Positions 57,797-64,000 of a stretch of 64,000 nucleotides of DNA are shown here, piece by piece (position 1 is the stretch's first letter; every line of letters starts with the position of its first letter). The stretch spans positions 27,068-91,067 of IMG/VR virus record IMGVR_UViG_3300042455_000321; one strand, given 5' to 3'. This stretch comes from a virus. Both the position numbers and the translations under genes were made by a program. The notes below the pieces were generated by a model that was given only the letters and a program-made list of their open reading frames with translations, did not search any database and had not been told where the DNA came from.

Positions 57797-57981
57797 TACT
57801 TATACCCTCCTCCTTTAGCTTTATATTCTTTAGCAAGCATTTGTGCTTTACGAGCAGACCATTGACCAGGATTACCACCTTTATTTCCTGCTTTAATTTT
57901 TTCAAACAAAGACTTTCTCATAGAAGGTTTAGTGTAGTTGCCTGCTTGGTTTACTTTTGATTTAGGTTTAGCTGTTGCCAT
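57796..57981 (-). CDS. small basic protein (DUF5872-like, N-terminal half)
   Basis: YTKP..R......IKAG.KGG.PGQWSARKAQ.LA.EY..KGGGY. Confidence 0.68.
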   Translation of the reverse strand: MATAKPKSKVNQAGNYTKPSMRKSLFEKIKAGNKGGNPGQWSARKAQMLAKEYKAKGGGYK

Positions 57982-57983
57982 AA

Positions 57984-58382
57984 TTAGTAATTATCAAATA
58001 TGTATTTACGTTTTATATATCTTGCTCGTCTCATTAAAGCACTATCCAATGAATTACTCATATCTTCAAATGCTTTTTTTAACCCTTCGTTATATCCAAA
58101 CAATTGGTTATTAGCAGTAATAGCTATACTCAATTGCTCTCTCAAGCTATCTATTTTATCAGACTCTGAAGTTTTGATAAATAAGAAAAGACTATCGATT
58201 TGATTTTTTTGAATATTAATTTTTTCATTGTAGTTGTAAAATTTAGTGTTAATATCATCTGCTTGGCTTTTTAATAAAAGCACTACAGTATCCCCATTAA
58301 TTATCTTTGTCTTTGGATACGATTGGCTTAAGCTCAAATGGCTCACCAATAGCATCATCATCAGTACCGTTAACTTTTTCAT
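57984..58382 (-). CDS. secreted coiled-coil protein
   Basis: Signal peptide followed by coiled coil. Confidence 0.6.
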   Translation of the reverse strand: MKKLTVLMMMLLVSHLSLSQSYPKTKIINGDTVVLLLKSQADDINTKFYNYNEKINIQKNQIDSLFLFIKTSESDKIDSLREQLSIAITANNQLFGYNEGLKKAFEDMSNSLDSALMRRARYIKRKYIFDNY

Positions 58383-58653
58383 TTAGCTTTTTATTTTCTT
58401 GTTTCAATTCAGTTACTACTTCTTTAAAGCTATCACAAGCTTTCTCTGCATGTTTCAATTCGCCCACACGCTTTTCAATAAAAGCACTATTCTTCTTTAC
58501 AGTTACCATAACCATAGAGTCCATATTCATATTATGCCAACCCTTTACTGGGTGAGGCCTAATAGCTTTCTGGGCTACAATAGAAGTTAACATTATAAAT
58601 ATTAACCCAAGTATTGTTAGAATAATTACTAATCCTATTTTATTTGGTTGCAT
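58297..58653 (-). CDS. membrane-anchored coiled-coil protein
   Basis: N-terminal TM then coiled coil. Confidence 0.6.
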   Translation of the reverse strand: MQPNKIGLVIILTILGLIFIMLTSIVAQKAIRPHPVKGWHNMNMDSMVMVTVKKNSAFIEKRVGELKHAEKACDSFKEVVTELKQENKKLNEKVNGTDDDAIGEPFELKPIVSKDKDN

Positions 58654-58942
58654 TGATAATGGCTTGTTGAGCTATGATGTTATAAATGATTGAATCTTTT
58701 TTGTCTACTGTCTTTTGAAGATTACGGTTATCTTCAATACAGTTATCTATCCCCTTGCTTGACCCAGCCTTCATATCCTTGTATACATATATAATACCAA
58801 ATACACAAAGAAAAGCTACCGCTGCAATAGGGTACTTTCTAAATTGGTTGAAACTAACAGGTAACTTAACAGCACCTGAAGCAGTATCAACTACTTTTTT
58901 AGTTGCTGTCTTCTTAGTTACTGGTTTCTTCGTTGTCGCCAT
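58640..58942 (-). CDS. single-TM protein
   Basis: LP.SF.QF.K.P..AVAFL; start reassigned to 58942. Confidence 0.6.
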   Translation of the reverse strand: MATTKKPVTKKTATKKVVDTASGAVKLPVSFNQFRKYPIAAVAFLCVFGIIYVYKDMKAGSSKGIDNCIEDNRNLQKTVDKKDSIIYNIIAQQAIINATK

Positions 58943-59195
58943 CAGTTCCGTTTTTCTTTCCAAAATATCCGTCAATAGCTTTCTCAACTACTTTTAAACC
59001 CAATAGGGCAGCAATCAATAAAGTTACTGAATATACTAAAGCTTCAGAAGGAGCTACGTGTTGCTCACTAAAGCTGTTATGGTATAGGGTTACACCTAAA
59101 AGAATACCTAAGAACAAAGCGATTAAACGCTTCATAGAAGGAGCATCTGGTTTGTCTAAAAAGAAACCTGCGATAAAGTTTATTAGTTTTTTCAT
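58914..59195 (-). CDS. holin-like two-TM protein
   Basis: SMKRL followed by two TM helices. Confidence 0.55.
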   Translation of the reverse strand: MKKLINFIAGFFLDKPDAPSMKRLIALFLGILLGVTLYHNSFSEQHVAPSEALVYSVTLLIAALLGLKVVEKAIDGYFGKKNGTDGDNEETSN

Positions 59196-59209
59196 AGTTT
59201 TTAATTTTT

Positions 59210-59234
59210 AAAAAGGGGGAACTTAATCCCCCTC
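59210..59234 (-). terminator. intrinsic terminator
   Basis: AGGGGGA-ACTTAA-TCCCCCT with T run on the - strand. Confidence 0.65.
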
Positions 59235-59240
59235 TTATAA

Positions 59241-59387
59241 TTACTCAGCTTTGATTGCTTCAGCTTCTTGAGACTTGATAGCCTCGTTTAAGAAGTTTAC
59301 GATTGGAGCACCGTACTTCATTGGTAACTCTTGTAAGAAAGCATCTAAAGCTTTTAATTGTTCTTCGTTTAATACTACTTGTTTCAT
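59241..59387 (-). CDS. small hypothetical protein
   Basis: MKQVVLNEEQLKAL..FL.ELP.KYG.P. Confidence 0.65.
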   Translation of the reverse strand: MKQVVLNEEQLKALDAFLQELPMKYGAPIVNFLNEAIKSQEAEAIKAE

Positions 59388-59419
59388 CGTGTATTGTGTT
59401 TTATGGTTAAAAAAAAAGT

Positions 59420-60751
59420 TTATGAAGTTACGCAATTTAATTTTAAATCTGCTTTTACCCAGCACTCAACCCCTGTTGAAGCATCAGGTTCTACAATAAA
59501 TTCTATTGTGTTTGCTGCATTGCTTAAAATAGTATAATTGCCAGATGTATGCTGTCCGTATTGTTTAATAACGGCTTGGTCTATTGTAACATTACCTATA
59601 CTGTCAACGCAAATTAAACCACCTATATATTCTACATAGTTACCATTAGATGAAGTAACTGCATTTGATACGGAAACAATTTTTAATTCAAAGAAATAAG
59701 ATGAGTTACTTAATAATTTAACTTGACTTTCTCCTTGAGAATTTAATAAAGGAAAATTTAAAGAACCATCTAGAAAATGGTAAAACAATTGAATGTCTTC
59801 TATTTGTACTTGACCTAAATCTGTTGAATTGTTTTCAAATGAATTAGCAACTACTCTTGAAAATTTATTTGTTACTAATGCTTTATTACCTTGAATTGTA
59901 ACTCCATATAGATTAGTTCCGCTAAATTCGTGATTAGCTGTTACATATACATTGCTTAAACTATCAAAATAGTCGCCACCTAATATAACAACACCAGAAG
60001 CATTTGCATCAGTAACAACGCTTGAAGCATTTACTGAAAATACATTACTAGTTTTTTGATTATACTCAAGGTCACTACCATTAATAACCACTACATTGGT
60101 TGGTGTATTTACACTATATATATTTAAATTATTTGGACCTATATCGTTATTTAAACCAAATAATAAAGAATTACTTATTCTTTCTCCTAAAGCATAATCT
60201 GGAGAAGAAACAATAGTAAAAATTTCATTATTTAAAAAACAGTTATTAATTAAAGTAGCACTACTTATATTTAAATTACCATTTGTATTAATAATAGTAT
60301 TGTCTGTAAAAATATAATTTACAGGATTTGCAAATATTGACCAGTCGCAATTAGTAATTACATTTTTATGAAATCCAGCATTTAAATTATAACTACCCAA
60401 AAAACTTGTAAGTACATTACCTTGTACACCATCTAAAACTATAGAAGTTCCATAAGCCATTAATGTTATTGCTGGCCCTGTTCCAACAGCAGTTATATCT
60501 ATATAAGTATATGTTGCATAACCATTGTAATCTCCAAATCTATAATTAGAGGTATCAAAGTTTAAATCCATACCTCTCTCTGTTCCAGAGTTTATAGTTT
60601 TTAATCTGTTACCAGCTAGCTGTAATGGAGTAGCATTACCTAATCCATCGGATATAGTTATAGCCGTTGAAGGGTCTAAGCTACCATTAGTGTTTATCTT
60701 TAATAAAGATTGATAAGTATTTTTTATCTGGGTTCCTGTTAATGTTGCCAT
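59420..60751 (-). CDS. virion fibre/spike-like protein
   Basis: MATLTG..IK.TY.SLLK, I.DG.G...PL N-terminus; Asn/Ser-rich beta body. Confidence 0.62.
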   Translation of the reverse strand: MATLTGTQIKNTYQSLLKINTNGSLDPSTAITISDGLGNATPLQLAGNRLKTINSGTERGMDLNFDTSNYRFGDYNGYATYTYIDITAVGTGPAITLMAYGTSIVLDGVQGNVLTSFLGSYNLNAGFHKNVITNCDWSIFANPVNYIFTDNTIINTNGNLNISSATLINNCFLNNEIFTIVSSPDYALGERISNSLLFGLNNDIGPNNLNIYSVNTPTNVVVINGSDLEYNQKTSNVFSVNASSVVTDANASGVVILGGDYFDSLSNVYVTANHEFSGTNLYGVTIQGNKALVTNKFSRVVANSFENNSTDLGQVQIEDIQLFYHFLDGSLNFPLLNSQGESQVKLLSNSSYFFELKIVSVSNAVTSSNGNYVEYIGGLICVDSIGNVTIDQAVIKQYGQHTSGNYTILSNAANTIEFIVEPDASTGVECWVKADLKLNCVTS

Positions 60752-60770
60752 TAGTTAATTTTTTATATTG

Positions 60771-60893
60771 TTAAGCTTCCCAATTGTTTGAGTCATTCTC
60801 CCAATTAAGTGTAACTAAATTCCATATGTTAGATATAATAGTAGAAGCAACATCTGCTGTATCTGTTATTATATTCCATATTACGTTTACCAT
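60771..60893 (-). CDS. 40-aa Trp-repeat peptide (not in ORF track)
   Basis: MVNVIWNIITDTADVASTIISNIWNLVTLNWENDSNNWEA*; overlaps the upstream stop. Confidence 0.55.
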   Translation of the reverse strand: MVNVIWNIITDTADVASTIISNIWNLVTLNWENDSNNWEA

Positions 60894-61180
60894 AAACCCA
60901 TAATGTTTGTAGCAGTAGAAGTAGAACTAACTTTCTTCACTTGAATAGGTAAGAAAGTACCAGCTACTACACTATTGAAAGTAACTAAGGTGTCAGTAGT
61001 ATCTTGTGCCATAACAACAATCAAGTTACCAGCACCACCAATGTACAATCCACCACAATATCCTGGCTGACCATTAGCTGATAAATCAACATTATATGCT
61101 ACTTGACCAGCAGTAGGTGTAGTATTCACAAAAAGCTTTGCTTGCCCTGCTTGGTAATTAGTATCTTTAGTAAAACTCAT
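60887..61180 (-). CDS. small virion structural protein
   Basis: LYIGGAGNL.V......V.F..V.AGTFLPIQV..V motif. Confidence 0.68.
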   Translation of the reverse strand: MSFTKDTNYQAGQAKLFVNTTPTAGQVAYNVDLSANGQPGYCGGLYIGGAGNLIVVMAQDTTDTLVTFNSVVAGTFLPIQVKKVSSTSTATNIMGLW

Positions 61181-61196
61181 TTTAATTAATTTACAA

Positions 61197-61208
61197 ATAT
61201 AATACGTT
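61197..61208 (-). promoter_or_regulatory. putative late-promoter motif
   Basis: Exact AACGTATTATAT, 16 nt before ATG 61180. Confidence 0.75.
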
Positions 61209-61629
61209 ATTTGAACTTAGATATTCTAACCCCATTAAACATTAGATTAGGATTAACCCTATACACATACTTCCTTTCTGTCTTGGCAATCACATTACGC
61301 TTTATTAGCTCCTTTACGCCATTATAATACCCTGTCTTACCAATGTTACCTATTATTGATTTAACGTCCGTATAATCGATATAAACTAGGTTATTGCCCT
61401 TCTCTAACTTAAACACTACATATGACAATAGCTGGTAGCCAATATAAGGCAACCCATAGATAGCCTTGGCGAACTCATCAGTATACACCTTGACAAAAGG
61501 TAAACTATCAATAGTTAGAAACCTATCATCTTCCATGACATCCATAACCTCACCATTGTCTACATCTACCAAACGCTTAACAGGTATCTTTTTGGCAACC
61601 CTGCGTATGCCTTTTAACTCATTGTCCAT
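61207..61629 (-). CDS. RepL-like winged-helix protein
   Basis: VD..GE, FVKVY, G.KELI....IAK, Y.VNPN.MFNG.R. Confidence 0.7.
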   Translation of the reverse strand: MDNELKGIRRVAKKIPVKRLVDVDNGEVMDVMEDDRFLTIDSLPFVKVYTDEFAKAIYGLPYIGYQLLSYVVFKLEKGNNLVYIDYTDVKSIIGNIGKTGYYNGVKELIKRNVIAKTERKYVYRVNPNLMFNGVRISKFK

Positions 61630-61633
61630 AGCA

Positions 61634-61679
61634 CAAATGTACAACTACTTTTTCCGCTATACAAAAATAATTATTCACA
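61634..61679 (-). promoter_or_regulatory. Bacteroidota promoter with adjacent DnaA box
   Basis: - strand TTTG (61662-65), 20 nt, TACATTTG (61634-41); TTATTCACA at 61671-79. Confidence 0.75.
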
Positions 61680-62178
61680 TATACGGAAAACCTACTACGC
61701 CCCATAAGGGTTTGAACCACCTTACTTCTTATAATAAAAGAAGGAGGCACTAAGTGTACTAATGGAAGTTAGCTACATAAAGGTGGGGATGATATACATA
61801 CTTTGTCATGATGGTCCTTTTTGGGAAATTGGCTTTTTTTTAATGGGTACCTTTGTACTTTGTAATTTTTTTTTACTTATATAAATTGATTTTGAGTACC
61901 TTATATTGATTAACTAAAGGTAAAAAGCATATGGGACTATCTAAATACCTATAAATTACCCTTTTATATGCTTTGTGTAACTTATTAGTTTAGGTAATAC
62001 CTCATAACTCATTGATTATTAATACTTTTCTTTATTATAGTTACTTTTATAGTCGGGTAAATTGTTATTTTATAGGTACAAAATAACGCTATAATGTAGT
62101 ATTGACGCTATTTTAACTATTATTTTTTGTATAGTATCAATTCATTTTTTTAACTAACAAAACAAAAACAAAAAAATT

Positions 62179-62694
62179 ATGTCAACACAATTAAACACAC
62201 CGCAAAAAGCTAAAAACATTAAAGCTACTAACAAAAGCAAAGAAGCTATTAAACCTGTTAATAATAGCATGGCAAAAACAAATAAGAAAAAAGCCGCTAA
62301 AAAAGTACGTATAGTATTTTTAAATGAGGGAGTAACGGGGAAAAAGTTAGCCGAAATTAAGGGCATATCTTACGAAAATTACGCCACGGCTGAATTAACT
62401 TTGAGTGCACACCTTAAAAACATTTTAACACACGGCAAAGCGTTTTTAAATAGTTTTTCTAATTATAATGATAATACCTATAAATTGCCTTTAATATTAG
62501 ATAGTTTAACAGAAGAGCAAAAATATGTTACAAAGATAGAAAAAAATAAAGACGGGAGTACAAAACTTGATAAAAAAGGCAATATAGTACGTACGTTTAT
62601 ACTTGACAAAGACGGCAATAAAGTAAAAAGGTACTTTACTTATAAGCAAGTACAAAACTTTGTAGCTAATTACTACAAAAACTTAAGCAAGTAA
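62179..62694 (+). CDS. Lys-rich hypothetical early protein
   Basis: 171-aa ORF with an A-rich leader. Confidence 0.7.
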   Translation: MSTQLNTPQKAKNIKATNKSKEAIKPVNNSMAKTNKKKAAKKVRIVFLNEGVTGKKLAEIKGISYENYATAELTLSAHLKNILTHGKAFLNSFSNYNDNTYKLPLILDSLTEEQKYVTKIEKNKDGSTKLDKKGNIVRTFILDKDGNKVKRYFTYKQVQNFVANYYKNLSK

Positions 62695-62699
62695 TAATA

Positions 62700-63320
62700 T
62701 ATAGGGCTATATTAATTTATAGCCCTATAATTGCCTTATAATAGTAGGTATTTTTAATATGTTCAATTCATATATAGGGCACTATAATATAGTTAATGTA
62801 ATTTATACAAAGTTATGCAATTTAAAAAAAATGTACGCCATATTGCCGTAAGGTAACAGCGAAATGATATAGTACATTTTTCAATTTTACGGGTAAAGTA
62901 ACTATAAAAGCGAAATGCTTTTTACTCCCGTAAGCCGTACAAAGTACGCTAATTGTTTTTATTAGTTTTGTTTTTATAGCCTACATTTATAGGGTATAAT
63001 TAAGCAAGTGCCGTTAATACGGCTTGTATGCAAATAGTTAGGTATTTAATATATCTTAATAGCTCAATGAGTACACAATAAAGGGTATTTATTTATAAGT
63101 TAGCGAAATGCTAATTAATAAATACAAGTAGCGAAATGCTATTTTATTGTTATATGGCTTATCCCATTAAGGTATCTTACAAATAATGTAAGGTATTCAA
63201 TATAATAAATATCTAATCAAGTAATTATTAATCATTTTATTTATTACAGAGCAAAGGTAGTAGTAATTTAGAATTGATAACAGCAATGTTATGCGGTTCA
63301 TTTACCGCCTACTATCTCAT
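62700..63320 (+). ncRNA. hairpin-dense non-coding region, candidate structured RNA(s)
   Basis: More than 10 stems, four AGCGAAATG loops, GNRA loops, tRNA-like minihelix, four-way junction. Confidence 0.55.
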
Positions 63321-63345
63321 TTTATAACTTTTAAAATATATAATC

Positions 63346-63606
63346 ATGAATAAAGATATCAATTTTCTTCAATCAAGAAGATATAAACCAATGAGCAAAA
63401 ATAATATCAAGCCCTTAACTTACGGCAATGTTAATAAAAGCTATACTAACGCTATTGATATTAACACAAACAGACAAATTAATCTTAATCAATTAATTGT
63501 CAATACCCATAATGCAATAAAAGATACTAAAAAGATAGTATCTAATACTATAATTAAAACTAATTATCACCGACAATCAAGGTCTACAATAGGATTAATA
63601 AAATAA
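63346..63606 (+). CDS. hypothetical protein
   Basis: ORF. Confidence 0.5.
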   Translation: MNKDINFLQSRRYKPMSKNNIKPLTYGNVNKSYTNAIDINTNRQINLNQLIVNTHNAIKDTKKIVSNTIIKTNYHRQSRSTIGLIK

Positions 63607-63641
63607 TAATACATAATCAATAACTCTTAAAACAAAACAAC

Positions 63642-63806
63642 ATGAGAGAAATCCAATTCCAAAACCGAACCGAGCAAGGCTTCCGTTTGGCTTACATGAA
63701 CCTAAAATCTAGGTACAGAAATGTAAAATTTGTTTGTAGTAATATCCACGGCTTACTAAGTGGGTATTTTATTGTTTCATCTTATAAAAAGTATAGCCAT
63801 GTTTAA
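63642..63806 (+). CDS. small hypothetical protein (not in ORF track)
   Basis: MREIQFQNRTEQGFRLAYMNLKSRY...HV*, CA-rich leader. Confidence 0.5.
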   Translation: MREIQFQNRTEQGFRLAYMNLKSRYRNVKFVCSNIHGLLSGYFIVSSYKKYSHV

Positions 63807-63978
63807 ACTTCATCACTTGCTTGCTGTGTTATCTTTATTGTTAATCGGAGGCTCAACAATTACAATGATACACGGGCAAACAATGACCGAGCTAATCATG
63901 TCCCTAATCGGTATGGTTGAGGGCGGTATTATCTTTCTTATCTACGCAAAGATAGATGAGAAGATAAATAGCAAATAG
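63799..63978 (+). CDS. two-TM membrane protein
   Basis: Two hydrophobic helices; start reassigned to 63799. Confidence 0.6.
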   Translation: MFKLHHLLAVLSLLLIGGSTITMIHGQTMTELIMSLIGMVEGGIIFLIYAKIDEKINSK

Positions 63979-64000
63979 CACTTTATTTTTCTCCACGTTC

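Noticed and set aside
17027-59499. Many short opposite-strand ORFs inside long genes
   Set aside because: Shadow frames without motifs or start context, fully overlapping well-supported genes
60879-60888. AACGTAATAT as another late-promoter copy
   Set aside because: Mismatched, inside the 60771..60893 ORF, and not at the usual distance from a credible start
62102-62136. TTGACG...TATAGT as an E. coli-type promoter
   Set aside because: Spacing is too long and the other promoters are Bacteroidota-type
62858-63140. AGCGAAATG repeats as a CRISPR array
   Set aside because: Repeats are only 9-11 bp and irregularly spaced; no cas genes in the window
1-64000. Stop-codon reassignment as in some crAss-like phages
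   Set aside because: Long genes are intact in the standard code, TAG and TGA terminate plausible genes, and no suppressor tRNA was seen

Overview
AT-rich phage DNA from a podovirus-like Bacteroidota (Flavobacteriia-type) phage with crAss-like structural gene organisation. The + strand (1-28.6 kb) carries a lysis/recombination block (1-6.6 kb) that looks compositionally foreign, then small ORFs, a sigma-70-like factor, ERF, exonuclease, a cluster of aberrant tRNA-like RNAs, SSB, metallophosphoesterase, a DnaA domain IV protein, PrimPol-helicase, RusA, and large putative virion-ejected proteins with a ferritin between them. The - strand (28.6-61.6 kb) carries the tail, lysis, capsid, scaffold, portal, terminase and GroES-like genes. 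Early genes resume on + from 62.2 kb around a densely structured non-coding region. The most notable signals are: (i) tRNA-shaped RNAs with intact acceptor/T arms but replaced, deformed or missing anticodon arms; (ii) DnaA-box-like sites just upstream of five host-type promoter sites, in a genome encoding two stand-alone DnaA domain IV proteins; (iii) a 12-bp motif AACGTATTATAT (10 copies) upstream of late genes, a candidate target of the phage sigma factor; (iv) two related four-way-junction leaders and a ~620-nt hairpin-rich region. All calls are by eye from motifs; no searches were run.
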